Below, one piece after another: positions 55,506 to 64,000 of a DNA stretch of 64,000 nucleotides (position 1 is the stretch's first letter; each line of letters opens with the position of its first letter). Source of the stretch: Bacteroidota bacterium (GTDB taxonomy: Bacteria; Bacteroidota; Bacteroidia; Chitinophagales; BACL12). The stretch covers positions 35,055 through 99,054 of the forward strand of contig WGOA01000045.1 in the NCBI GenBank assembly GCA_016124275.1. The letters are read 5' to 3'. The translations under genes were made by a program, and so were the position numbers. The notes below the pieces were generated by a model. The model saw only the letters and a program-made list of their open reading frames with translations. It searched no databases and was not told the origin of the DNA.

Positions 55506-55702
55506 TGCGTTTATTCGAACAACCAACCTATCCAAGCCGGGGCAAAGATAAACCACCGGTTAACAGGCTTCGTTGCAGCGTAAAATTTTGGCCAATTCCC
55601 CATTAAAAAAATAATTTATGGCTGGAAAACAATCAATGGCCAAAAAGCAGCGTATTTTAAAGGCAGTTATCCGTTGACCGGATTTGATCCCCACCCATCC
55701 TC

Positions 55703-57895
55703 ATGCGCATTTTACCCATTGCCTACCCCTCGAGTTTTTCCCTGACGGCCATGTTTTGGTGTTTAGCGCAGGTATCCCTTTTGCCGGTTGCTGCACAAAA
55801 CACGGCAACGTTTAACCAGATCCAGCCGGAACACGTGCAAATAGTCCGGGATGAATGGGGGGTACCCCACATTTTTGGCAAGACAGATGCAGATGTTGGG
55901 TATGGATTGGCCTGGGCCAATGCCGAAGATGCCTTTGCGGTGATGCAAGAGACGGTGCTCACCGGCAAGTCCATGATGGGGTTGTACCAGGGCAAGGAAG
56001 GTGCGGTGCGCGATTATCTCATGGCCGCTTTGGACATTCCTACCATTGTGCAAAGCCGCTACCAGAATGATTTCTCTGAAGCGTTTCGCCGCTACCTCGA
56101 TGGGTACACACAGGGTTTAAATGCCTACGCCCGGGCGCATCCCCGCGAAGTACTCGTACAGGGGTCATTTCCGGTCACTCCGCAGGAACTCATTCAGGGT
56201 TCGGTATTCATCACCACGTACATGGTTTATGCCATGCGCGAAATTGAAGCCATTGTCAAAGGCCGCTATGCCCTTGATCACGCGGGAGCTGTAGGGTCTA
56301 ATGCTTATGCGTTGCGCTCTGGCCGGACGGCTGATGGCAACACCTATCTGGCTATAAACCCGCATCAGCCCATGGAAGGGCCATTTTCGTTTTACGAGTG
56401 TCATGTAACCAGCGAAGAGGGCTGGAATTTCCATGGGGGTATGTACCACAACGGTCTGCTTCCCGGGTTTGGTAACAGCGATTACCTGGGCTGGGCGATG
56501 ACCTACAATGCCCTCGACCTGGTGGATACGTACCGGTTGGAAATGGATCCGAAACGCAAGTACCACTACCGTTTTGACGGCGGGTACAGGGAGTTGGAGC
56601 GCAAGCGTATCTGGCTGGATATTCGTTTTGGTCCGGCAGTGGTTAAAGTTCCTAAGTGGGTCTATTGGAGCGTTTACGGACCAACCTTTCAACACGAAGA
56701 TGAATTCTTCGGTGTCCGCTTTGGCAATACGTTTAACATATTGGCGGGAGAGCAATTGTACCGCATGAACAAAGCCACCAGTTTTACCCAATGGCGCGAA
56801 GCCATGCTGATGCGGGGTGTCCCGCGCTTCAACTTTATTTACGCCGACCGAGAAGATAATATTTACTATGTTGACAATGGCCAGATCCCGGACCGCAAAC
56901 CGGGCTATGATTGGACGGGAGCCGTTCCAGGCGTTAGTTCTGAAAACCTTTGGACCGAGTTTATTCCCTACGACAGTCTCCCGCAGGTGCTCAACCCCAA
57001 GGCGGGTTATGTCTTCAATACCAACAACAGTTCTTTTCACTGCACAGCCTGGGGGCAGAATGCTGATTCTACCAACAAAGCCCGCTATCCGGATCACGCA
57101 GGGTATAAATCGTCTGACAACAACCGGGCGCTTCGCTTTGAGGAATTGATTTCAACACAAGCAAAATTTGAGTTTGAAGGGTTCAAGGCCATCAAGTTTG
57201 ACAACCAGTTCCCCGCTTGCTCGCCCTTTTTGGCGTCCTGCGAAGTGCTGTTCAATTTGGACACTACGGCTTACCCCCACTTAGCGGAGTCCATTGAACT
57301 GCTCAATGCCTGGGACGGCCATGCCAATCCGGAGAGTTCGGCGGCCACCCTCTTCGCACTCACGATTGACAAGGTTTTCCAGGCTAATCACCTCGGCTAC
57401 GATGAGTTCTCCAACGGTTTTATTTTACAGCCCCCGGCCCTCATCAAAGGTTTGGAAGAAGCGCAAGCCCATTTGCTTCACTATTTTAAACAAGTCCAGG
57501 TCCCGCTTCAGGAATTTCAGCGCATCATTCGCGGCGACATCGACTTGCCCTTGCCTGGCTATTTTGACGTGCTGGCAGCCAATTACTCGCAACCAGCAGA
57601 AGATGGCCGTTACCAGGTGTTTGTCGGCGATGCGTACACCCAGTTTGTATCCTTTGGACCTAATGGGGTGGAGCGCTTGGAAACGCTGCAGCCCTTCGGT
57701 TCCTCCAGTCGGGAACTGAGTCCCCATTATACGGATCAGATGGCGCTGTTTGCCGAGCGGCGCACCAAAAGCATGGCCATGGACAAAGCGGGAATTCTGG
57801 CTCGGGCGGTAAAAATTTACCATCCGGGTTTGGATCAGCTCCAACCTTCGCCAGAAAATTTTTCACTGGACAAAAAAAACACCCCGGAGCATTGA
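55703..57895 (+). CDS. penicillin/acyl-homoserine-lactone acylase family protein (Ntn hydrolase, S45)
   Basis: 730 aa with a signal peptide. 'VRDEWGVPHIFGKTDADVGYGLAWANAEDAF' is the alpha-subunit motif. 'GSNAYAL' gives the beta-subunit N-terminal Ser nucleophile context. Confidence 0.8.
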   Translation: MRILPIAYPSSFSLTAMFWCLAQVSLLPVAAQNTATFNQIQPEHVQIVRDEWGVPHIFGKTDADVGYGLAWANAEDAFAVMQETVLTGKSMMGLYQGKEGAVRDYLMAALDIPTIVQSRYQNDFSEAFRRYLDGYTQGLNAYARAHPREVLVQGSFPVTPQELIQGSVFITTYMVYAMREIEAIVKGRYALDHAGAVGSNAYALRSGRTADGNTYLAINPHQPMEGPFSFYECHVTSEEGWNFHGGMYHNGLLPGFGNSDYLGWAMTYNALDLVDTYRLEMDPKRKYHYRFDGGYRELERKRIWLDIRFGPAVVKVPKWVYWSVYGPTFQHEDEFFGVRFGNTFNILAGEQLYRMNKATSFTQWREAMLMRGVPRFNFIYADREDNIYYVDNGQIPDRKPGYDWTGAVPGVSSENLWTEFIPYDSLPQVLNPKAGYVFNTNNSSFHCTAWGQNADSTNKARYPDHAGYKSSDNNRALRFEELISTQAKFEFEGFKAIKFDNQFPACSPFLASCEVLFNLDTTAYPHLAESIELLNAWDGHANPESSAATLFALTIDKVFQANHLGYDEFSNGFILQPPALIKGLEEAQAHLLHYFKQVQVPLQEFQRIIRGDIDLPLPGYFDVLAANYSQPAEDGRYQVFVGDAYTQFVSFGPNGVERLETLQPFGSSSRELSPHYTDQMALFAERRTKSMAMDKAGILARAVKIYHPGLDQLQPSPENFSLDKKNTPEH

Positions 57896-57954
57896 GTATT
57901 CGGTGCCAGCTTTTCTATTTTCCAACCCTCAATCCATTGCCAATCTCAACGCCC

Positions 57955-59169
57955 ATGTTAAGTCCTGCTTGTTCGTCGCGGCTCTTGCCCCTGCTGGCCG
58001 TATTTTTTTTCACGGCCACCTTCTTCTCCTGTACCAACACGGCCAACGAAGGGCCTATTGCTGCGGAGGGTTTTACAGAAGAGCTTTTAATGGAGCGGCT
58101 GATCAGTGCCGTTCCTGGTCAGGTCATTATGCTGGGCGAAGGGGAGTTTCGCTTTACGCGATCCCTTAGCCTGGATGGCATTCCCGGTGTTACCCTGGCC
58201 GGAGCAGGGGCGGACAAGACCATTCTGTCGTTTACCGGTCAAACCGACGGGGCAGAAGGTCTGCTCATAACGGCAGATTCCTTCACCGTGAGGGATCTGG
58301 CGGTTCTGGATGCCGCCGGAGATGCCATTAAAGTGAAGGATGGCAAGGCGGTCACCATTCAGCGTGTCCGTGTCGCCTGGTCTGGAGGCCCTAAAGCGGC
58401 AAATGGCGCATACGGGCTCTACCCTGTGGGGTGCAAAGGGGTTTTGATTGAAGACTGTGAGGTGTCCGATGCATCCGATGCGGGGATCTATGTGGGCCAG
58501 TCAGAGAATATTGTTGTTCGGAACAATCTTGTCCACCACAATGTGGCCGGCATCGAAATTGAGAATTCCTTTTTCGCTGAAGTTTACGGCAATACCTGTA
58601 CAGAAAACACGGGCGGTATTTTGGTCTTTGATCTCCCGGAACTGCCCATTAAAAACGGGCACCATGTACAGATTTTTAAAAATGAGGTACACAACAACAA
58701 CTTTCCCAATTTCGCCCCGGAAGGCAATATGGTCGGCATTGTTCCTGCCGGGACCGGCGTTTTGGTCATGGCAACGCGGGATGTTGATGTGTACGATAAC
58801 AAAATCAGCAATCACCAGTCGTTTTCGGCAGCGGTGGTGTCCTACCTGATCAACCAAAAGCCTTATTCGGATCCGGCATACGATCCTTTCCCTGACCGCA
58901 TTTCCCTGCGCAACAACATCATCGAGCGGCAGCCAGGTGCCGGACCGGACAGCACAAGAGCGCTCGGCGTTCTGTTGGCTACCCTCTTCAAAGGTGACAC
59001 CCCTGAAATCCTGGTGGACGGCATCGTCCCTCCGGATCGCGCGCTGACCATCTGCATTCAGGACAATCCAGGTACCCGGATTGCCACCCTTGATGCGGCA
59101 AACGGTTATGCAGGACTGCATTTAGATCCTTCCCCTTATGCCTGTACCGTGGATCCGGCCACTCCGTAG
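57955..59169 (+). CDS. parallel beta-helix repeat lipoprotein (partner family of SO_2930-type di-haem cytochromes)
   Basis: Lipoprotein signal MLSPACSSRLLPLLAVFFFTATFFSC. 'AYGLYPVGCKGVLIEDCEVSDASDAGIYVGQSENIVVRNNLVHHNVAGIEIENS...NTGGILVFDLP' shows PbH1 repeats. The start is set at Met 57955. Confidence 0.75.
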   Translation: MLSPACSSRLLPLLAVFFFTATFFSCTNTANEGPIAAEGFTEELLMERLISAVPGQVIMLGEGEFRFTRSLSLDGIPGVTLAGAGADKTILSFTGQTDGAEGLLITADSFTVRDLAVLDAAGDAIKVKDGKAVTIQRVRVAWSGGPKAANGAYGLYPVGCKGVLIEDCEVSDASDAGIYVGQSENIVVRNNLVHHNVAGIEIENSFFAEVYGNTCTENTGGILVFDLPELPIKNGHHVQIFKNEVHNNNFPNFAPEGNMVGIVPAGTGVLVMATRDVDVYDNKISNHQSFSAAVVSYLINQKPYSDPAYDPFPDRISLRNNIIERQPGAGPDSTRALGVLLATLFKGDTPEILVDGIVPPDRALTICIQDNPGTRIATLDAANGYAGLHLDPSPYACTVDPATP

Positions 59170-60247
59170 CGCCTTGGTTAGCGCGTTTGCCGGGGCCTGT
59201 ATTTTACTTGGCTTTGCGTTGCCTGCCTGGCAATGTGCAACGGGCAGCAAGAGCCTCCAACCGGGTTTTGATCCCGATGCCCCGCCGGCTCAATATTTGT
59301 CGGAGTATGGTTTTTTTGCCGGCGAAGCCATGGCTTTGGCTCCAGCTGCCGGCGTTTTGCCTTATGAGTTGGTTTCGCCGCTTTTTTCGGACTACGCGGA
59401 GAAGACCAGATTTGTGTACCTGCCGCCGGGCACGCAAGCAGCGTACCATCAACAAGAGGCCTTTGACTTTCCCGTAGGAACGGCGCTGGTGAAAACCTTT
59501 TGGTACCCGCGGGAAGACGGGCAAAAGCATTTAGTAGAAACCCGTCTGTTGCTAAAGCGGAAGGATGGATGGGATGCCTTGCCCTATCGCTGGAATGAAG
59601 CAGGTACCGAGGCGGAGCTCGCCCTTGCAGGAGCCCGGTTAACGGTAAAACCATCTGTGCCTGGCATGGATTTGGAAGCGTTCGATTACGTTATACCCAA
59701 TAAAAATCAATGCAAAGGCTGCCACAGCGTCAGCGGCAAATTCGCCCCAATTGGTCCTAAAGCCCGCAACTTGAACCGGCGGTTGGATTATGGCTCAGGT
59801 GCTGTTAATCAATTGGATTATTGGCAGCAGGCTGGCATCCTAAGCGGGTTACCGGAGCCTTCCGCCCGGCCAGCCCTGGCCGATTATGCAGATGCCTCGC
59901 AGCAGCTGAATGAGCGGGCCATTGCCTACCTGGAAATTAATTGTGGCCATTGCCATCGGCCGGAAGGACCGGCCAATACTTCAGGGTTACACCTTACCTC
60001 ATTGGAGAACGACCCTGCGCATCTGGGCTTTTGCAAATCGCCGGTTGCCGCTGGCAAAGGATCCGGAGGGTTGCGCTATGACATCCATCCGGGGCAGCCA
60101 GACTCGTCCATACTGCTTTACCGAATGCAACAGCAGGATCCTGGGGTTCGAATGCCTGAACTTGGGCGCCAATTGTTGCACAAAGAAGGCGTAGCCCTGA
60201 TCCGGGAATGGATCGCATCGCTCCCTGGCGATTGTTTGATGCCTTGA
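59138..60247 (+). CDS. di-haem c-type cytochrome (SO_2930-like family)
   Basis: Two CxxCH motifs: CKGCH (59711..59725) and CGHCH (59942..59956). The C-terminal 'RMPELGRQLLHKEGVALIREWI' block is typical of this family. The start is uncertain because the ORF overlaps the upstream gene by 32 nt. Confidence 0.75.
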   Translation: MPVPWIRPLRSALVSAFAGACILLGFALPAWQCATGSKSLQPGFDPDAPPAQYLSEYGFFAGEAMALAPAAGVLPYELVSPLFSDYAEKTRFVYLPPGTQAAYHQQEAFDFPVGTALVKTFWYPREDGQKHLVETRLLLKRKDGWDALPYRWNEAGTEAELALAGARLTVKPSVPGMDLEAFDYVIPNKNQCKGCHSVSGKFAPIGPKARNLNRRLDYGSGAVNQLDYWQQAGILSGLPEPSARPALADYADASQQLNERAIAYLEINCGHCHRPEGPANTSGLHLTSLENDPAHLGFCKSPVAAGKGSGGLRYDIHPGQPDSSILLYRMQQQDPGVRMPELGRQLLHKEGVALIREWIASLPGDCLMP

Positions 60248-60322
60248 GACGAATCGTTGGTCACTTGCTCCGCAGGGCTTAATTTCACGTAGAAATTCCC
60301 TCTTTCCACGTACCAATCCCAT

Positions 60323-60757
60323 TTGATGAAAAAGATGCTCCTTTCGGTTCTGCTGGTTTTTTCGGCCAGCAGCTTGTTTGCTCAGACCACGGCTACCTCC
60401 ATTATCGGCGAATGGCTGAACGAAGATAAAGACGCCAAGGTAACCATTTACCAAAAAGGCGATTTGTTTTACGGCAAAGTCAGTTGGCTCAAGGAACCCA
60501 ACGGCGATGACGGCAAGCCAAAGGTGGACGAAGAGAACCCCGACCAGGCAAAGCGCAGCCGCCCGATAGATGGGCTTGTCCTGCTTCGCGATTTCCGCTA
60601 CGAAGACAAAGAGTGGAAAGGCGGTTCCATTTATGATCCCAAGAACGGCAAAACGTACGATTGCTACATGGCGCTGGAATCCGGCAACAAACTCAAGATT
60701 CGTGGGTTTGTCATGGGCATGCGCGCTGTCGGACGCACCACGTATTGGACGCGTTAA
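60323..60757 (+). CDS. DUF2147 domain-containing protein
   Basis: Signal peptide followed by 'IIGEWLNEDKDAKVTIYQKGDLFYGKVSWLKEP' and 'GSIYDPKNGKTYDCYMALESGNKLKIRGFV', the DUF2147 pattern. Confidence 0.8.
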   Translation: MMKKMLLSVLLVFSASSLFAQTTATSIIGEWLNEDKDAKVTIYQKGDLFYGKVSWLKEPNGDDGKPKVDEENPDQAKRSRPIDGLVLLRDFRYEDKEWKGGSIYDPKNGKTYDCYMALESGNKLKIRGFVMGMRAVGRTTYWTR

Positions 60758-60784
60758 GCGCAAACCAGCCTAACCCAACACCCC

Positions 60785-61972
60785 TTGCATACTGAGGACA
60801 TCCTTTTTTCGCTCGGCGAACACCGCGACGGGCCGGAGGAGTATGCCGCATCGGGGCAAGCGGTCATTCCCCCGATTTACCAAACGGCCAACTTTCGCTT
60901 TCCAAACACGGCATCGCTGCGCCGAGCGCTCGCTGACGAGTACGGCTCACACCTGTACACCCGCGGAAACAACCCCACCACGGAGCTTCTCCGGAAAAAA
61001 CTGGCCGCTTTGGAAGGGGCAGAGGACGCGCTGGTTTTTGCCAGCGGCGTTGCAGCGGTTTCAGCCGCCGTGTTGAGCACGATCAAAAGCGGCGACCATG
61101 TAATTTGTGTTCGCGACCCGTATCCGTGGACGGCCTGGTTGCTTCGGGACTGGTTGCCGCGGTTCGGTGTCTCGCACTCCTTTGTAAACGGCACCCTGGT
61201 CTCTGCCTTTCAGGAGGCCTTGCAACCCAATACCCGGTTGATTCTGTTGGAGTCGCCCAACAGTTTCTGGTTTGATTTGCAGGATTTGGCGGCCATTGCC
61301 GACCTGGCCCGCGCGCACGACTGCACTACGGTAGTGGACAACAGCTATGCCGGTCCACTGCTGCAAAACCCTTTGGCCATGGGCATTGATCTGGTCGTGC
61401 ATTCCGCCAGCAAATACCTGAACGGTCACGGCGATTTAGTGGCTGGTGTGGTTTGCGGAAGCAGTGCGCGTATCCGGAAAATGTACCGCGAAGAGTTTCA
61501 GGGTTTGGGCGGCATTCTCGCTCCTCACGAAGCCTGGCTCATGTTGCGAGGACTTCGCACGTTGGGGATTCGCATGGAGCGAATTGGCAAAACGGCTCAT
61601 TTCCTGGTTGAAAAACTTGCCCTGGATCCTCGGGTGCGCAAGGTGCATTACCCCTTTCACCCGAGCCACCCGCAACACGAGTTGGCAAGGCGGCAAATGA
61701 AAGGACCCTCGGGTCAATTTAGCATAGAAATAGCTACGGAAGACCCCGCGGTTACGGAAGCGTTTTGCGACGCGCTTCACTGCTTTCAATTGGCCGTGTC
61801 CTGGGGCGGATTTGAGTCGCTGGTCATCCCGGCTATTGCCAAGAGCGCGGACCACCCTTCGCCTGCCTTGGTGCGTTTCTGCGCAGGATTAGAGCACCCG
61901 GATGCCCTTTGGGAGGATTTGCTGCAGGCACTCAATCAGGTGGAAATGCCTGCAAGGAGCCGCAACAGGTAG
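60785..61972 (+). CDS. Cys/Met-metabolism PLP-dependent enzyme (cystathionine beta-lyase / gamma-synthase-like)
   Basis: 'YTRGNNPT', 'VVDNSYAGPLLQNPL..GIDLVVHSASKYLNGHGDLVAGVV' (PLP Lys) and 'SWGGFESL'. The gene uses a TTG start at 60785. Confidence 0.8.
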   Translation: MHTEDILFSLGEHRDGPEEYAASGQAVIPPIYQTANFRFPNTASLRRALADEYGSHLYTRGNNPTTELLRKKLAALEGAEDALVFASGVAAVSAAVLSTIKSGDHVICVRDPYPWTAWLLRDWLPRFGVSHSFVNGTLVSAFQEALQPNTRLILLESPNSFWFDLQDLAAIADLARAHDCTTVVDNSYAGPLLQNPLAMGIDLVVHSASKYLNGHGDLVAGVVCGSSARIRKMYREEFQGLGGILAPHEAWLMLRGLRTLGIRMERIGKTAHFLVEKLALDPRVRKVHYPFHPSHPQHELARRQMKGPSGQFSIEIATEDPAVTEAFCDALHCFQLAVSWGGFESLVIPAIAKSADHPSPALVRFCAGLEHPDALWEDLLQALNQVEMPARSRNR

Positions 61973-63099
61973 CCAATGCCTATGCCTAAAAAATTGCCAA
62001 ACGCGATGCCGGCAAGCGCAGTGATGATGCCGGAAAAAACGAGTTCCCGGTTGTTTAAGGCTACCGCAACTTGAGGAATAAACGGCGGTCCAAAAATAGC
62101 GGCCGTGGAGGTGACCAGCACCGTATCGGCATCAATGCGGAACAAGCGCGCCAACCCAAAATGAAGGGCCACGCTCATGGTAAACAATGCAGCGGAATAG
62201 GCGAAAACACTTGGTGAAGCGTGGATCAGTTCGTTGAAATTCACCTCCATGCCAATGGCCAGGCAAAAAACCAGCAAGAAATATTGCCCCAGTTCATAAG
62301 CCCCCGTGAAGCGGCGCAGTTTCGGAAAAAAACTCCCCGCAATGCTGAATGCCGTTAGCATAAGAATAGTTACGGCCTCGTCAAGTGCTCCCATGATCAA
62401 CAACGTAGCACCGCTTGCTAAGCCAACAATAGCAGCAGCCAGTAAAAAAGCGCGGAAAAAGACCCATCCTTTTTTTAAGTAATTGCGTTTGGAGCCATAC
62501 CAGTCGCGGTCCAGTTCCTGATCAACAATGCCCAATGGGCGGTAAGTGGGCAGAAAGCGCTGCAAGACGCGCTGGGCAATAGAAGTAAGAAAGACCAGAT
62601 AAATGCCACTGTTGACAATGTCGCTCAGGTTGACCAACCCAATGAGCGAGTCCGGCGCACCCACGGCAAGGCCTACGGCGTTCATGTTGATGGCGCTTCC
62701 GGTAAGCCCCGCAGCCAGCATGGCAGATATCATCCAGCCCTGTTGTTCCAGGCCTGGAAACATGAAAAATACTGCTATGGATGCCGTTGACACGCTGACT
62801 ACGGCCAGCAGGAAGGATGTGGTGATGCTGCGCGCCTGCTTAAACCACACCAAAACATTGGTAGAAATCAACAACAGCGGAATGGCCAGGGCAACAGTGC
62901 TTTCCTGCGCCAGCTTTGAGATTTCTGTTTGCAGGGGAAACAAATCAAGGTTGCCGAGCGCAATGCCTGCCAAATAGCAAAGTACCACAGGACTTAACCA
63001 CCCTTCCAGTTTGAGGGCGCGCGCCACCTTGGTCACCAAAAAAGGGAACCCCAGGAGGACGAGGCATTGGAGCATGGCATATCCTGTCAAAGCGCTCAA
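61936..63099 (-). CDS. polytopic membrane protein (DUF819-like)
   Basis: 387 aa with about 10 predicted TM helices. The N-terminal 'GWLSPVVLCYLAGIALGN' region resembles DUF819 proteins. The family call comes from memory only. The 3' end overlaps the convergent PLP-enzyme gene by 37 nt. Confidence 0.45.
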   Translation of the reverse strand: MSALTGYAMLQCLVLLGFPFLVTKVARALKLEGWLSPVVLCYLAGIALGNLDLFPLQTEISKLAQESTVALAIPLLLISTNVLVWFKQARSITTSFLLAVVSVSTASIAVFFMFPGLEQQGWMISAMLAAGLTGSAINMNAVGLAVGAPDSLIGLVNLSDIVNSGIYLVFLTSIAQRVLQRFLPTYRPLGIVDQELDRDWYGSKRNYLKKGWVFFRAFLLAAAIVGLASGATLLIMGALDEAVTILMLTAFSIAGSFFPKLRRFTGAYELGQYFLLVFCLAIGMEVNFNELIHASPSVFAYSAALFTMSVALHFGLARLFRIDADTVLVTSTAAIFGPPFIPQVAVALNNRELVFSGIITALAGIAFGNFLGIGIGYLLRLLAGIST

Positions 63100-63214
63100 A
63101 AGTAGGCTTCTACCGGATTTTTACCTATTCCGGTTGGCCGATCCGCAATTCCACCAACAGAATAGCTTATTTTGCATAGCTCGGTTTTACCTTTTCAATC
63201 TCCTACTCCACATT

Positions 63215-63850
63215 ATGGTCAATATCCTCGAACAAATCAGCAGCCAGTTGGGTGATTATGCCTACCAGAAAATTGGTCAGCAATTGGGCTTAGATGCCAA
63301 CACCAGCAAAATGGCCGTGCAAAATGCCCTCCCGGTACTTATAGGTGCCTTAGCGCGCAATACCCAAGACCCGAAGGGTGCCGCTGCTTTAGCCGGCGCA
63401 TTGGACCGGGACCACGATGGCAGCGTGCTCAATAACCTCGATTCCTTTCTGAAGGCACCGGAGCAAGGGAAAGGAGCCGGTATTCTCGGCCACGTGTTGG
63501 GTAGCCAACGCGGCCGGGTAGAACAGTATGTGTCCAAGAGCAGCGGGCTGAACACCAACAACACCGGTCAATTGCTGGAGATGCTGGCCCCGCTGGTCAT
63601 GGGCAGCCTTGGCAAGCATAAAAAATCGCAGGGTTTAGACGCCGGCGGTCTTGCGGGCATGTTGGGCCAGGTTTTAAACGGTCAAGGCGCTTCAGGAGCA
63701 CAAGCAGCCCAGCCGGGACAAAAACCTGCAAAATCACCGCAACAGCAATTGTTGGCTTCGCTGTTAGACAGCGACAAGGATGGCGATATCTCCGATGACC
63801 TGATCAACTTGGGCGGGAAACTGTTGGGCGGCATGTTTGGCAAAAAGTGA
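63215..63850 (+). CDS. DUF937 domain-containing protein
   Basis: MVNILEQISSQLGD...SKMAVQNALPVLIGALARNT.DPKGAAALAGALDRDHDGSVLNNLDSFL and a C-terminal 'LLDSDKDGDISDDL..LGGKLLGGMFG' match the DUF937 pattern. The start is set at Met 63215. Confidence 0.7.
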   Translation: MVNILEQISSQLGDYAYQKIGQQLGLDANTSKMAVQNALPVLIGALARNTQDPKGAAALAGALDRDHDGSVLNNLDSFLKAPEQGKGAGILGHVLGSQRGRVEQYVSKSSGLNTNNTGQLLEMLAPLVMGSLGKHKKSQGLDAGGLAGMLGQVLNGQGASGAQAAQPGQKPAKSPQQQLLASLLDSDKDGDISDDLINLGGKLLGGMFGKK

Positions 63851-63860
63851 GCGCGCCACC

Positions 63861-64000
63861 ATGAGCGCTTCCACCTTGCCGGAGCACTTGATGCAAATGC
63901 TGCAGGCCGCTCCGGAGTTTGCTGCCCGCATCGCTGTTCAAGATCCGGCTGAGTTCAGGCGGTCAAAGGTGGAGCTGCTCAAGCGTCAGGAAAGGCATGA
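63861..64000 (+). CDS. hypothetical protein, 5' fragment (runs off the right edge)
   Basis: ATG 63861 lies 10 nt after the upstream stop. The translation MSASTLPEHLMQMLQAAPEFAARIAVQDPAEFRRSKVELLKRQERH... stays open to the window end. It is too short to classify. Confidence 0.35.
   Translation, partial: MSASTLPEHLMQMLQAAPEFAARIAVQDPAEFRRSKVELLKRQERH

Noticed and set aside
55618-55677. 19-aa basic mini-ORF (MAGKQSMAKKQRILKAVIR) 25 nt upstream of the acylase gene.
   Set aside because: It could be a leader peptide, but there is no supporting structure, conservation evidence or attenuator-like hairpin. It is indistinguishable from a chance ORF.
60145-60156. GGTTCGAATGCC, resembling a tRNA T-arm (GGTTCGAATCC).
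   Set aside because: It lies in-frame inside the di-haem cytochrome gene (encoding ...GVRMPE...). No acceptor or anticodon stems can be built around it. I found no tRNA anywhere in the window.

Overview
This is a chromosomal segment of a Bacteroidota genome. Diagnostic content: a T9SS type-B C-terminal sorting domain adhesin with its PorP/SprF partner, an HU-CCDC81/SPOR protein, an ldh-nusB-DUF1573-yajC-ybbR-coaE block, DUF2147/DUF937 proteins and a MacB-type efflux operon. GC looks mid-50s % by eye. I can support about 52 protein genes, a few hairpin terminators, three Bacteroidota-type -7 promoter boxes (TAnnTTTG) and several small repeat families. I saw no rRNA, tRNA, CRISPR array, transposase, integrase or phage genes. 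Content is mostly housekeeping and cell-envelope: NlpC/P60, M23, two L,D-transpeptidase families, SPOR, a TonB receptor, sucC, prfC, ychF, msrB and coaE. The ORF track reports the longest ATG/GTG/TTG ORF, so many starts are over-extended. I reset starts where a signal peptide, a conserved N-terminus or the stop of the upstream gene made the choice clear. I also added one edge-truncated gene the track misses (nnr, 1..616, minus strand). Items worth a second look: (i) an orphan Hcp (T6SS tube)-like protein with a Sec signal peptide, followed by a YkuD_2 L,D-transpeptidase-fold protein and a GNAT; (ii) a three-gene inositol-phospholipid cassette (CDP-alcohol phosphatidyltransferase, myo-inositol-1-phosphate synthase, PgpA-like phosphatase) with an odd repeat-filled internal spacer and a G9 tract in the phosphatase gene; (iii) twin DnaA boxes one helical turn apart, exactly where coding-strand bias flips from 24:7 minus to 15:5 plus; (iv) an FMO/GMC-oxidoreductase/ALDH3 oxidation cassette next to a partly low-GC sulfotransferase; (v) a parallel-beta-helix plus di-haem cytochrome pair of unknown function; (vi) a 15-bp x7 tandem repeat, a composite inverted/direct repeat element and three homopolymer G/C tracts of 8-9 nt. 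I do not see a convincing large multi-gene new system such as a defence island, secretion apparatus or BGC. The candidates are single genes or 2-3 gene modules. All functional calls come from motif recognition by eye, not from database searches.
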